A stretch of DNA of 64,000 nt from Macrostomum lignano (Eukaryota), in assembly GCA_002269645.1 (NCBI GenBank), contig NIVC01000556.1, forward strand, positions 201,126-265,125. The letters are read 5' to 3'. How positions within the stretch are numbered: position 1 is the first letter of the stretch; every line of letters begins with the position of its first letter. The translations under genes were made by a program, and so were the position numbers. Shown piece after piece: positions 12,819 to 26,496 of this stretch. Below the pieces are notes generated by a model, which searched no databases, was not told the origin of the DNA, and saw only the letters and a list, made by a program, of their open reading frames with translations.

Positions 12819-15800
12819 ATGGGATGTGGAGCATCAAAGCCAAGTAAGTCAAAACATCAATTCTAAATAATAGTAGGGACTTTCAAAACAATTTTGCTAG
12901 AAATTAGCACCACTTTATTCTATGCATCATTATAGGCCTGTCCTGAGTTTTTGTCTAAATTCTCAATTAGATCTTACTAGACTAGATCTTGAAAAAACTT
13001 GATCTTATCTTGCTCAGATTGACTTTGCTTGAAACCATTTAATTCTTATTCAAATTGCCCCTATTCAATTATTCTTAGCTCTAAGAACTTGAGCTAAATT
13101 CTCAAGATTCTCAACCTTAAGACCTAGCCCATATACAGTATTAGAGAAAACAAGCTAATCTATGAGGTTTTATTGAGAAATTAATCAAGTCCTATCTTTC
13201 CTATATAGTAAAACTTTTAGTCTTGCCTCACTTGATTTTAATCTCAAAGGCCAAACTCTTAACTTTGAGATTTTTCACCCAATTTCTTGTCTTGTCTAAC
13301 CTTATAAATTATGTATTATAAATAAAAAAACTAAAATTGTGATTTTCCTAACACAGGGCCAAACCGCACAGGCCACTCAAATAATGGAGGCCATCAACAG
13401 CAGCAATCATCAAGACCAGCCAATGGTCAGCCGCAGCAGCAGCAGCATTACCCTTCGCAGCAGTACCCTCCACAGCAGTACCCGCCACAGCAGTACCCTC
13501 CACAGCAATACCCGCCGCAGTACCCACCTCCACCGCCACCAAATCATCAGCAGATGCCGCCGCCCCCTCCATACTCAACTCAGCCAATGATGCCGCCAAT
13601 GGCCTACCCGCAACAGCATCATCAAATGCATCAGCAGCCGCATCCGCAGCAGCAGATTATCATACACCAGCGGGGTCACCGAAGGCGCGGTCACAATAAC
13701 GACATGGCTTTAATGGCTGGGGCAGCCATGGTTGGCGGCGTAGGCGGTAAGTGTTTTGCTGAATTATCAGTGCACCATATGAATTAGTTTAGCCTTACTT
13801 ATCTTAGGTTAGCGAGCGAAAGTGTATGTGACTATCTGAGCTAAACTACACGGCAGCACCGCAGTGGACTGTCGGCCATTTTACTGCCAACAATTTTAGG
13901 CTATTGTAGGTGTAGATTTGGGCATAGGAATAAAGATTTAGGATAGGGTTTGAGTGAGAGTTGTGTTAGGGTAAGGTTTTAAGTCCGGATTATGTTCATA
14001 TCATATAGTATGAGTTCATTTCCCGTCATATAAGTTCATTTCCCGTCATATAAGTTCATTTCCTCTTGGATGAGTTCGTTTACCCTCAGATGAGTTCATT
14101 TCCTGTCTAGATGAGTTCAATTCCTCTCAGATGAGTTTAGTTCCTCCTAGATGAGCGTATTTCCTCTCAGATGAGTTCATTTCCTCTTAGATGAGTTCAT
14201 TTCCTCTCAGATGAGTTCATTTCCTCTTAGATGAGTTCATTTCCTCTCAGATGAGTTCATTTCCTCTTATTGTAGATGAGTTCATTTCCTCTCAGATGAG
14301 TTCATTTCCTCTTAGATGAGTTCATTTCCTCTCAGATGAGTTCATTTCCTCTTAGACGAGTTCATTTCCTCTCAGATGAGTTCATTTCCTCTTAGATGAG
14401 TTCATTTCCTCTCAGATGAGTTCATTTCCTCTTATTGTAGATGAGTTCATTTCCTCTCAGATGAGTTCATTTCCTCTTAGATGAGTTCATTTCCTCTCAG
14501 ATGAGTTCATTTCCTCTTAGACGAGTTCATTTCCTCTCAGATGAGTTCATTTCCTCTTAGATGAGTTCATTTCCTCTCAGATGAGTTCATTTCCTCTTAG
14601 ACGAGTTCATTTCCTCTCAGATGAGTTCATTTCCTCTTAGATGAGTTCATTTCCTCTCAGATGAGTTCATTTCATTTTAGATGAGTTCATTTCCTCTCAG
14701 ATGAGTTCATTTCATTTTAGATGAGTTCAGTTCCTCTCAGATGAGTTCAATTTCTCTCAGATGAGTTCAGTTCCTTTTAGATGAGTTCATTTCCTCTTAG
14801 ATGAGTTCATTTCCTCTTAGATGAGTTCATTTCCTCTCAGATGAGTTCATTTCCTCTTAGACGAGTTCATTTCCTCTCAGATGAGTTCATTTCCTCTTAG
14901 ATGAGTTCATTTCCTCTCAGATGAGTTCATTTCATTTTAGATGAGTTCATTTCCTCTCAGATGAGTTCATTTCATTTTAGATGAGTTCATTTCCTCTCAG
15001 ATGAGTTCATTTCATTTTAGATGAGTTCAGTTCCTCTCAGATGAGTTCAATTTCTCTCAGATGAGTTCAGTTCCTTTTAGATGAGTTCATTTCCTCGTAG
15101 ATGAGTTCATTTCCTCTTAGATGAGTTCAATTTCTCTCAGATGAGTTCAGTTCCTTTTAGACGAGTTCATTTCCTCTCAGATGAGTTCATTTCCTCTTAG
15201 ATGAGTTCATTTCCTCTTAGATGAGTTCATTTCCTCTTAGATGAGTTCATTTCCTCTCAGATGAGTTCATTTCCTCTCAGATGAGTTCATTTCCTCTCAG
15301 ATGAGTTCATTTCCTCTCAGATGAGTTCAATTTCTCTCAGATGAGTTCAGTTCCTTTTAGATGAGTTCATTTCCTCGTAGATGAGTTCATTTCCTCTCAG
15401 ATGAGTTCAGTTCCTCTCAGATGAGTTCATTTCCTCTCAGATGAGTTCATTTCCTCTCAGATGAGTTCAATTTCTCTCAGATGAGTTCAGTTCCTTTTAG
15501 ATGAGTTCATTTCCTCGTAGATGAGTTCATTTCCTCTCAGATGAGTTCAGTTCCTTTTAGATGAGTTCATTTCCTCTAAGATAAGTTCATTTCCTCTCAG
15601 ATGAGTTCATTTGCTCTCAGATGAGTTCATTTCCTCTCAGATGAGTTCATCTGAGTTCATTTCCTCTTGGATGAGTTTAATTCCTCTCAGATGAGTTCAT
15701 TTCCTCTCAGATGAGTTAAATTCCTCTCGGATGAGTTAAATTCCTCTCGGATGAGTTCATTTCCTCTCGGATGAGTTCATTTCCTTTTAGATGAGTTCAG

Positions 15801-16021
15801 TTCCTTTTAGATGAGTTCATTTTCTCCTAGATAAGTCATCTTCACATCAGAGGAGCATACTGAAGCCAGTCTACCTGTAGGTACTTACAGAACAACTTAT
15901 TACAGAATATTCAATCAAATTCTCACGAATTTCAGGCCTAGCAATGGCCGGCATGATGCACAGAGGCTTCGGCAGCTGGAGCAGCTTCAGCAGTTTCAGC
16001 TCCTGCGGCTCTTGGGACTGA
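12819..16021 (+). CDS. 166-aa Pro/Gln/Tyr-rich small protein with N-terminal MGCGASK acylation motif and Gly/Ala-rich hydrophobic C-terminus
   Basis: Three phase-consistent exons: 12819-12843 (MGCGASKP, gtaag donor), 13357-13746 (QYPP repeats...GAAMVGGVG, gtaag donor), 15936-16021 (LAMAGMMHRGFGSWSSFSSFSSCGSWD*). Total 501 nt. The exons are GC-rich islands in AT-rich DNA. Confidence 0.7.
14030..15830. repeat. 20-bp minisatellite AGATGAGTTCATTTCCTCTC (intronic)
   Basis: About 88 tandem units with few variants, inside intron 2 of the 166-aa gene. Confidence 0.97.
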
Positions 16022-16274
16022 ATTGCTATATCAATGATTTTTTGTTAAAATTTAGTCGGGATCAGTAAAAGCAGATCTAATAGTCAGTTTTGTAGTTATA
16101 ACAAACTTGCCTTACTCTCAACAGCTTAATGTAATAGAAACAAGTCAAGTGTTGTATTGATTGTGCGCAAAGTTATTTTATAAGCTACCTAAGTTGGATT
16201 TTACTAGCAGAATAGTATATTTGTTCATTTTTATATACAGTTTATATTGGTGACATTAGCAATAAGGTTTCAGG

Positions 16275-16777
16275 CAGGGGCGTCGCCAACGGCGGGGGTC
16301 AGGTTGGACATCTCCTCCCCCCCGTAAAACATCTGGGGGACATGCCAATGCTTCGTCCTCCCACCCACCTTGTGACCCGTTATGGAGAGCAAACTTTTGC
16401 TGCAGGGCGACAAAACAGTGCTTGCGGCGCTAAAATGAGTGCTTGCGGCGCTAAAATGAGTGCCTGCGGCGCTAAAATCAGTGCCTTCGGCGCTAAAATC
16501 AGTGCCTGCGGCGCTAAAATGAGTGCTTGCGGCGCTGAAATGAGTGCCTTCGGCGCTAAAATGAGTGCCTGTGGCGCTAAAATCAGTGCCTGTGGTGCTA
16601 AAATGAGTGCCTGCGGCGCTAAAATCAGTGCCTCCAGCACTGAATTGAGTGCTGACAACACCGATTCTGACAATAATGTACATGTAAGAATTTAGTCATG
16701 TACATGTACATGTACGAGCTATAATTATTGGCTTTGTCCCCCAGCCCCCCACCATAAAATCCATGGCGACGCCCCTG
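16275..16777. mobile_element. hAT-type MITE, family 3 (CAGGGGCGTCGCCA TIR) carrying an internal 21-bp tandem array
   Basis: 14-bp TIR (16275-16288, 16764-16777) and a perfect 8-bp TSD GTTTCAGG (16267-16274, 16778-16785). Internal repeat GTGCCTGCGGCGCTAAAATGA at about 16420-16630. Confidence 0.9.
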
Positions 16778-19700
16778 GTTTCAGGACAAAGTCGTCCTGA
16801 AATTTTACCAAAATTCATTGGAGTTAACATGCATAAAATAATTAGAAAGGCGTCGTTGTCCAATTTATTACAAAAGATCAACAGACCGGTAACTAACGAA
16901 TTATTATTGCATCGCTGTTGTTCATTGCGTCAATTGCTATACTTTTTATCTCCGAGCACCTGCAGCTGTACCCCTATATAAAAGATTTATTTCTGCACGG
17001 CTGCACCACAAAGTGTTTTTATTCTGCAAGTGAGTCATTTTGCCTCAATTTACCCTATATTTTGTTTTGGGTAAAATTGTGAATTTTTCCTACACTGTAT
17101 TTCAAGCAAGACTTATCAGCGCCGAAACTTACAATATAAAAGTGTGTGTTGTTTTAGATTTAATTATTAGTTGATTGAATTATGCATGTAGCTATGTGTA
17201 TTATTAAGTTATAGATTTCTCTAAATTAACTATTGACTTACCTCAACTGTTTATGTTCACAATAGTTTACAGTTAAACAGAAGATTAATAACTATTGGTT
17301 GAAACCAGTCTGTCCTAGTCTATGGTCTTTTTTGAAACTATTATAATAAAGACAAATAATTTTTGTTTTTTTTTGTTTAAAACCAAGCACTACATAGTAT
17401 ACTTTTCTGTCATAGTTTAAGATAAAAGAATGATACAAATTCTACACAAAACCTCGAATTGTTTTTTTCTTTGCAACTGATCAAGTCTGTAAATATTAGG
17501 TTACATGTACATGTATATCCGTCCAAACTCGTTCTTTTTTAAAGTTATTTAATTATTTTTTGTTTTTCTGAGCCGCCCAGATTAAATGTTTCATTCCCTA
17601 CAGACAGTAAGCGCCACTGTAATATTCTTTCGCGATTGTTATTGTTATACTCTTTTCTCTTTTTATTTCGCTATTTTCAGCTTTTGATTTCGTTTTCATG
17701 TACACTAATTGTTTTCTAGCTGATCACTGGTTGTGATAAAAAATTATGTAACTTCTTTGTGACACATGTAAATCCTAAGCTCGCATTATTTATGTTTATG
17801 GATCCGGTCGTAAAATATGTGTTTATCCTGATTCTTACTACCTGTATTTAACTTCTATTTATTTTAAACAGCTCCATACATATCCTATTAAAACTGATAA
17901 ATGAATCCACATTCCTTCTAGTTTATTGATCTTTTTTATCAGATATTGATCGTTAATCTTTAAAGCTTAATTGATACTCGTATCTTTTATGTGCGGACTG
18001 CACTGACCAAAGCTATAAAATATTTTTCTTGTTACTATTCTTTAATATCTTGTGTTTGTAATTGACTTTTCGTTTTTTATGGCAAACGCATATTTTTATA
18101 ACTGTCGATATGCATAACAGATCAGATCTATATTTTGTTATCGTGTCAATATTTAGTTCTTATATATACACAAAACTGTAATACAGATCCTGCAAATGAG
18201 GTTTTTGCCAGAAGATTTGCCGCTTTTGTTCTTTTTTGTAATTGCATGTCTTATCCACATAATATTTTAAACGGAATTATTGCAAATGTCCTGGGAGATC
18301 CAGGTCTTTCTTTTAGAAACCAATTATAGCAGCCAATAGACGGAGCATTCTATATTATTAGCACTCTACTCGTCATGCCAAAAAATATAACTACATGTAA
18401 GTTGCGGTATACATGTATACATAAAAGCCCAGAAAGAAACACTGCGCATGTATTCTAAATTCCTAAACAGAAGAAATGTTTCGTAAGGATCATAGAAAAC
18501 CAACAATAAATTTACATATACATGCACAATGTAAAGTAACGCGACTCGCAGTCACAATCACAAAAAAATACAGCCTGCAGTCCAGGACGGCCAAAGATAT
18601 CAGGCGCGCGCATATATTCGAGCTGAACCATAGCCGGAAAACATCGCATACAATTACCCGTAATTATATCTTCTTGTAAAAGAAATGTAGGACGCAACTT
18701 ACATAAAGTTCCAAACAGTTAAATCTGTTTGTGTCACGTGCATGTGTTCGGTTGAATTCTGGCCTAAGAAATATGCAGTCCAATTGGTATACATGTACCA
18801 AAAAGTTAAATAATTTACATGATATGTAACTGCACTATTAGCAAGGTCAAATCTAAAAATAATTAATCATGTAGAGAATTTTAATTAAAATTTTACAATT
18901 TAGTAATATCGATCTGCTAAAATGTATGATCTTACCCGCCTGTCGCGGGTAATTTAAACTGACACTTTTTACTTTGTGCGAAATTTTAAAGACCATTAAA
19001 ACAAATAAAATAGTTTTCTTAAATTCATCGCCTTATTAAAAATAGGATAATCTTTATGCACATTTTTCTGTGAAAATATACGCGTAAAGATGGTATAAAG
19101 CTGAGAAAACTCTTAACAGACTTTTTAACGTTACTCCGTAACGAAATAACATTTCCGACTGCTTTTAACAGCATTTGATTTCCATATTTGGGTCTTTATG
19201 TTCCAACCTGACGTATTTGTTTTTTTCACAAATCTTTCAAATTTTGATAGGCCTATTTAATATTAATGCATGTTTAATGTCGCGAATTACGACTAGTCAT
19301 ATACTTAGACAGGGCTAAAATGTCTCGTACTCAGCCTTAGTTTTTTAATTTCTATTTATGGCTTGTAGGCCTAAGCTTAGGCGGAATTAGGAATAGGTCA
19401 GCTATAATAACTTAAGGATACTTTCCTCCCCTACCAATGCCGAACCGAACTATAAGCTAGGCCCAAACCAAACAAACACATGCTTAATTCAATAGTAATA
19501 ATGTATACAGTATAGAGTCATAGACTATAGTATAGATTATAGATATAGAGCAAGATATCTAGAGCTAACTGTACAGCGCCAGCGGTACTATGCATAGGCC
19601 CCCCCCTATATATTAGCCATAGTTCTAATTATATATTTGGCCTAGGGCCTAGGCCTAGTGTATGCCAGGTCCAGTAGGGGAAAGTATAGGACTTAGACAC

Positions 19701-20092
19701 TTAGTTTGTATGCCAGAAATAAATAATGTTTTTGTTTTCATACCAAATTTATATGCTTTTAATTTATTTTAAGATATGTATCTTTTTAGTTTTGCTTTTC
19801 ATTTGAAATCTATTCTATTAATTGTTCATGCAGACTAACAAAAAAGTAAAAAATTATGCTCTTTTGTGATATCAGCATGTATAACTTAGACTAGACTCTA
19901 GATAATAGTATATATTTATTATTTACATAGGAAATTTCTAATATAAAAGATGACTTGGAGTATATTATTAGTAGTAAAGCCTATACAAACTTAGCAATGC
20001 TAAATATAGCATAAATATAATAGGCCTAAGCATAAGCCTAGCCTAGCATAGTTAATATACAAAGCTAGGTAGGCACTTAATGTGCCTATAAC

Positions 20093-21920
20093 AGTTTTTA
20101 TTCCTGTTATCTTCTGCTTACAAATTAGAATGACTTTCAAACACACCTGGCCTTTGAAGGCCCTATTATAAGTGTGAGGCTCACATCTTTGAACTAAATT
20201 TTTCTCTGTGCCAAAAATTTATTCAAGGTGGTATATTTCATAGTCAAGCAAGCAAACTGGTTTAGTTGACAAAATGAAGAGCAATGCATAGTTTGAGTAG
20301 GGCAGGGTTATCGCTTGAGCAGTTTTCTCTGTCCCATTATTAGGCAACCATATCACCCTCCCTCCAAAGCATTGCTACAAGTCTATTGTCATATATTTGC
20401 AGGCTACTAGCTTAGCCTTCAAACCTTAGCTTTGTTATCTGCTCTTTAGTGAAGAGCTGGTCTGGCTGGATAGTACTAGTTAAGAGTTAAGATGAGGAGG
20501 CCATTGTTTTTTTCACTTCAATGTAAGCACAATTCCAATGCTTACATATCTTCCCCTTTTTGGAGACTGACACTTGTGTTAGTCTGACATAAAAGTGTTG
20601 CTTCTTCTTGATGTGACTTCATCCTTGTAATAAGCAGCTTTATACTTGAACTTGTCACTTGTTTTTCTGGCTGAGCTAGTTAGTCAGCTGATTGGTTGTG
20701 CATTGTTGTTGAGTCAGTTTGGGCTAGTTGTGTTTGCTAGAAGTTACAAACTAGCAAGTCCCTTCTATTCAAAGTACAGTTTGTATTTGTGTTTTTCATG
20801 GGGCTCTTTCCCCCGAAGTAGTTGTTCATAGTTTACTCAATTTTCAATTTGTGGATATCTTGAAATACAATTGCTGTAGAACTCTATTAGGCTTGCTTGG
20901 TTGCATGTCTAGTTTTGCATCAGGCAATGTTACTAATTGAGTTTAAATTTTTACTTGTTCAATTGATCTGTTTTGTATGCCAAGTTGTAAGCCAAAAATT
21001 TGAAGAAATGGCTGTCAGATATTGTGTTTGATCTAAAGTTTCGCCTTGACTAACTAAACACTACGCATATAGAAAATAAATAGGTTTTGCACTGATATGT
21101 CTTGGAAGGCCATTTAACACATTAAGTAGAGTGGCCGCTGCACATTTATAATTGCTTGATGCGTCACAGTTGCATCTTAATGTTGTTAAGCATACCAAAT
21201 CAATAATTGTCTCTTGGCTCTCTGGAGAATCTCAGTTGGTTAAGGACATTAATTACATTGGGCCTCCAATTTCTGATGATGTTAAAACATGTTGCAGCTT
21301 GGTCTTCTGGCTTGCTTGATGAGATGACTCGTTGACTTCACACAACCTTGATCAAGCATGTTCTTTTTGACCTATGGTAGGATTATGCTATCTAGCAGTG
21401 GAGAAGGCTTGTTGCATTTAACCTAGTCAAGTTGGCGGGACTAGGTGACTCACTCTCAGGGAACCAGATATAAGAGTTTTTATTCCTGTTATCTTCTGCT
21501 CACAAGTCAGAGACTTTCAAACTCATTTGGCCTCTGAGGGCCCTGTTATAAGTATAAGGCTCACATCTCCAAATCTTTCTCTGTGCCACAAATTTATTCA
21601 AGGCAGTAGTGTATTTTATAGTCAAGCAAGCAAACTGGTTTAGTTGACAAAATAAAGAGCAATGCATAGTTTGAGCAAGGCAAGGTTATCAATTGAGCAG
21701 TTTTCCTTGTCCCATTATTGTTAGGCAACCATATCACCCTCCCCCAAAGCATTGCTACGAGTCTATTGTGTCACGCATTTGCAGGCTGCTGGCTTGGCCT
21801 TCGAACCAGCTTTGTTATCTGCCCTTTAGTATAGAGCTGGTCTGGCTAGATAGCACCAGTCGAGACAAGGAGGCCGTTGTTTTTTTGCTTCGATGTAAGC
21901 ACAATTCCAGTGTTTACAGT
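20093..21920 (+). repeat. Diverged ~450-bp direct repeat pair (20093-20550 and 21475-21920)
   Basis: Collinear matches such as TTTTATTCCTGTTATCTTCTGCT, AGTCAAGCAAGCAAACTGGTTTAGTTGACAAAAT and ATGTAAGCACAATTCCA, at an offset of about 1380 bp. Confidence 0.8.
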
Positions 21921-22899
21921 GCCTTCTTAGCATATAGAGATAACCAAGATAGCAGTTAAGACCAAGTTCTAAGTTCCAATCAATGTACCTACTACATAAT
22001 ACACAATTAAAGTTTCTATATGCATAATTAGAATACATGTAGCTAAATTTTGATCAAAAAATATTTCTCAAAAATTATTGTAAAACTAAATTAAAAAATT
22101 GCATTGAACTTTTTAGAGTTAAAAATAAAAATAAAAAATAAAATAAACTAGTTCTTTATACTTTAGTGAAATGTAAACAAATTTCTATTTACTTATTTTT
22201 GCAAAAATAAAAAAATCATAAGCTTACAATTTAGTTTGTTATTTTTTGTTTTTTGTCTTTGTGTATTCTTGTATACAATATAAACCCATTGGAATCTAAT
22301 ATACTAAAAATGAAAACTTCCTATATACTAAAAATGAGTTGTGTGTCTCTGTGAGATAGATTTCAGAAAATGGCTCAACCAATTTTCTTCAAACTTGTAC
22401 CATTTGATCAGAAATTTTCCTAGGATGGTGCATGCATCTTGGCTAAGAAATAGCTCAATGTTAAAGGGATTAAATATTCAAAAAAACATGCTTTTTTTGC
22501 AAAGGTCAAGAAAAATTTTTGACTTGAAATGCATTGTAAGAATGCTAAAGAAAAATCGACTGACTGAATTTCAATTATAATAAAGATTGCATCACAAAAA
22601 GTTGAAAACAGTTTCGAAAAAATGCACATATGACTTGATTGAGATTGTGTAACCTTATTGCTATCTTGAATTGAGACTGATATTGGCTGACTGAGAAATT
22701 GATTGTGTCATAAATTTTTACTCTAATTGACTTGCTGTAAGAATTGAATTATAAGGGCCACAATTCACGTTCTCCAATTGAAAAGAGATAGCCTAGATGC
22801 AAACAGACTGGACTGCTAATGTAGCGACCTGGGTTCAAATCTTAGTAGTGCAAAATAATTTTTTATTAAAACACCTTAAAAAACAAAATGCTAAACATA

Positions 22900-23590
22900 A
22901 AAAAGCACAATGTCAAACATAAAAGTGGCACCATGTCAAACATTATAGAGCCACCATGTCAAACATAAAAGAGCCACCATATTAGATATGAAAGAGCTAC
23001 CCTGTAAGACATAAAAGAGCCACCATATTAAACATAAAAGAGCTACCATGTTAAACATAAAAGAGCCACCATGTCAAACATAACAAAGACACCATTTCAA
23101 ATGTAAAAGGGCCGCCATGGCAAACATTAAAGAGCTACCATGTCAAACATTAAAGAGCTACCATGTCAAACATAGAAGAGACACCGTTTCAAACATAAAA
23201 AGAAGTGTCATGCTAAACAAAATGAAGCCACTATAAAGCTAAGGAAATTGTTGCACTAGCTACTTGTTCTCTGGTGGATGCTTGCTATTTAAGGATGGAT
23301 ACTTGCTATTAGGAGGATTCCCAAGAGCCACCATGTCAAACATTAAAGAGCCACCATGCCAAACATAAAAGAGCCACCTTGTTAGATATAAAAGAGCCAC
23401 CATGTCAGACATTAAAGAGCCACCATGTCAAACAAAAGAGCCACCAATCCCACAAATCCAAACATAAAAGAGCCACCATGTCAAACATTAAAGAGCCACC
23501 ATGTTAAACATTAAAGAACCACCTTGTCAGATATAAAAGAGGCACCATGTCAGACATTAAAGAGCCACCACGTCAAAAATTAAAGAGCCC
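22900..23590. repeat. Degenerate 23-bp minisatellite AAACATAAAAGAGCCACCATGTC
   Basis: Tandem units visible directly. Confidence 0.85.
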
Positions 23591-23594
23591 CCTG

Positions 23595-24660
23595 ATATGC
23601 TTGCTATTGGGGGATACTTGCTATCTGGGGGATACTTGCTATCAGGGGGATGCTTGCTATCAGAGGGATGCTTGCAACTAGGGTAACTTGCTATTGGGAG
23701 ATGCTTGCTCTTGGGGGGGGGGGTGGAGTGTACTTGCTATCTGAGAGGGGGTTGCTAGATATCTATAAGGTCTCTTTGTATCCAGATTATGCTTGCTATC
23801 TGGGGGATTCTTGCTATCTAAGGTTGCTTGCTATTGGGAATATGCTTGCTATCTGGGGTCTGGGGGTTGCTTGCTATCAGGAGGATGCTTGCTATTGGGG
23901 GGGGGGGTTGCTTGCTATTGGGGGGGGGGTGCTTGCTATCAGAGGGATGCTTGCTATGTGAGGGATGCTTGATATCTGAGGGATGCTTGATATCTGAGGG
24001 ATGCTTGCTATTGGGGGGATGCTTGCTATCAGAAGGATGCTTGCAACTAGGGTAACTTGCTATTGGGAGATTCTTGCTCTTGGGGGGGGGGGTGGAGTGT
24101 ACTTGCTATCTGAGAGGGGGTTGCTAGATATCTATAAGGTCTCTTTGTATCCAGGTTATGCTTGCTATCTGGGGGATTCTTGCTATCTGGGGGATGCTTG
24201 CTATCTAAGGTTGCTTGCTATTGGGAATATGCTTGCTATCTGGGGGATGCTTACTATCTGGGGTCTGGGGATTGCTTGCTATCAGGAGGATGCTTGCTAT
24301 TGGGGGGATGCTTGCTATCTGGGAGATGCTTGCTATCTAGGGGATGCTTGCTATCTGGGGTCTGGGGGTTCCTTGCTATTGGTGGGATGCTTGCTATCTG
24401 GGAGATCTTTGCTATCTGGGGTCTGGGGGTTGCTTGCTATCGGGGGGATGCTTGCTATCTGGGGGATGCTTGCTATCTGGGGTCTGGAGGTTGCTTGCTA
24501 TCAGGGGGATGCTTGCTATCTGGGGGATGCTTGCTATCTGGGGTCTGGAGGTTGCTTGCTATTGGGGGGATGCTTGCTATCTGGGGGATGCTTGCTATCT
24601 AGGGGATGCTTATAGTCTGGAGAATGCTCTGCTTGAATGCTGTCTGGGAATGCTTGCAAT
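23595..24660. repeat. ~18-bp minisatellite ATGCTTGCTATCTGGGGG
   Basis: Tandem units visible directly, with an internal higher-order duplication (23650-23900 vs 24020-24290). Source of the spurious MLAIWG/CLLSGG ORFs. Confidence 0.9.
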
Positions 24661-25481
24661 CTTGGGATGTTTTGTTTTTAGATGGAATGTCTGTTGTTTT
24701 TTATGAAGGCTTTATTTTGCTGTCTATTTGTTATTTGTAAAGAACAAGGATTTTATCCAGATGTCCCCCATCGGGGACAAAGATTGCTAGTATAGGAGCT
24801 AAGGAAGAAAATTTTATTCTGCTATATACTAGGCCTAGTTACTAGTATATAATTCTAACACTAGCAGCCTTCAATCTTGAATTTTGATATTTCACCTTGA
24901 AATTAAAAAAGTAGGTGCAGTTTAGATGCAGTCTCTCAATCTATTTTCCTTTTAAAAGCCTCATTTGCATTGCTTTAAAATAAGATCTTGTCTTTTCTCC
25001 TATTAATAGCAATAGCAAATATATATCAGAATATATATAGATATAAAAAATATATGGTCTTATACATAGCCATTTCCCTAGCTATAGTGAAATACTAGTC
25101 TAGTATATAGTACAAAAAATTAAATTCAAACTAGCTCTTGAACTTGGTTTTAGAAAATAATAGGCCTAGGGTCAATTTTTTGCTAATTTGAGCTAAAATT
25201 ATTATTATATATACAAAAATATAAGTTTTTAGCTTTTTATCTAATGTGATTAGTTCTTCATTGAAATGGAAAGATTTATTGGCCAAAGTTTGATACCAAT
25301 AGAAATAGGTGATGAATAACATATTGTTTTATCTAATTTATAGCCCTAATATTATTCAATATACAAGGGAATTACAAAAGTAAACATACTGTTTACTATA
25401 AACAGTATGTTTTTTTCATAAATTAAAGTTTCATCTACATTCTCTTTCAAGGTTATTTTATTAAAGCATTAAATTTCATGG

Positions 25482-25768
25482 CATACATGCGCAACCTCCA
25501 AAATTTGATCAGCTGTGCAATTTAGTTTTAACAAAAAATGTAGTTTTAGGCCAAGAAATGTGACTTACATGTAAAAGACACCCTAAAGCAAAATAAATGC
25601 AACTTTGGGTAGAAAGCAGGAGTAACTATGATTGTCTTTTTAGGGCAAAATGTCTCATTATCTACTTCTAGTACTATTTGGATATTTATTTGGGTGGGCA
25701 TTTTTGCAACTGACCTTGGTTGGCTGCCAAATCAATTGGCCAGACTGGCCGACTATTGTGCATGTATG
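25482..25768 (+). mobile_element. hAT-type MITE, family 1, copy 3 (older)
   Basis: CATACATGCGCAAC...TGTGCATGTATG termini. Flanks TTTCATGG/TTTCACAG match at 6 of 8 positions. Confidence 0.8.
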
Positions 25769-26171
25769 TTTCACAGCATACTATATTATGTACCTGCCAA
25801 AAGTTGAGTACTAGAAAAGTATATTCAAGAAATTTAATACAATTTCAATTTTTACACTTTTTGTTGATGTAGACAAAATGGTATGTGCTTATGTTTGGTA
25901 TCAAAAATTATTTTAGGTTTGCTTGATGAATGGTATTCAAGTCAGCTAATAAGTGAATAACTTATTGAATCAATATTTTTTGCTTTTTTTTGCTTTAATA
26001 GAAAGGTGCATGCATGCATTTAGGCCATAGACAAAAGTCATAGACAAAAGCCATAGGCTTCTTAAATCATGTTATGTTAGAAAATTCTTGGTTACAGTTT
26101 TGCAATGCTCATAACTTTGGGAGGCACATGGTATTGCTATGAAATTTTATGCTTCAAAAATGAAAGAGAGA

Positions 26172-26496
26172 AGGGGGGGCCACAGCCCATCAGTAGTGCA
26201 GCTGCTCTGGTGTGCCAGCAACTCAGGCTCGATTCCAAGTGCAGTCACATTAATTTGGGGCTAAATTGGAATCTCGGCTTGGCTCTGCTCATACAATTAA
26301 TGGCCTTGAGAGCCAACCCCCCCCCCCCCAAGGCGCAGTGAAGTGTACATGCCTAACAATAAATAAAGTTAGGGCCGCTGTGCACTCCTGTGTGAGCGTG
26401 TCCTGCGTACATATCCGCACGCTTGTATGCCTGCTCAGGGGAGTTGGCGGAATGGGCAGTAATGCCTCTCGCCGGTTGTGTGCCTATGTCGCTTAA
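26172..26496 (+). mobile_element. tRNA-derived SINE family A copy, interrupted by piggyBac (continues at 29052-29075)
   Basis: B-box-like GGCTCGATTCC at about 26226. The body is shared with copies at about 35490, 39585, 43410 and 52855. Confidence 0.7.

Noticed and set aside
17000-19300. Possible decayed gene or transposon in AT-rich DNA
   Set aside because: Only short ORFs with no motif or terminal structure, so it cannot be supported from sequence alone.
20093-21920. LTR retrotransposon or TRIM
   Set aside because: No TG...CA ends, PBS/PPT or TSD found, and no convincing pol remnant. Kept only as a direct repeat.
23650-24706. MLAIWG/CLLSGG repeat ORFs
   Set aside because: Translations of the 18-bp minisatellite.
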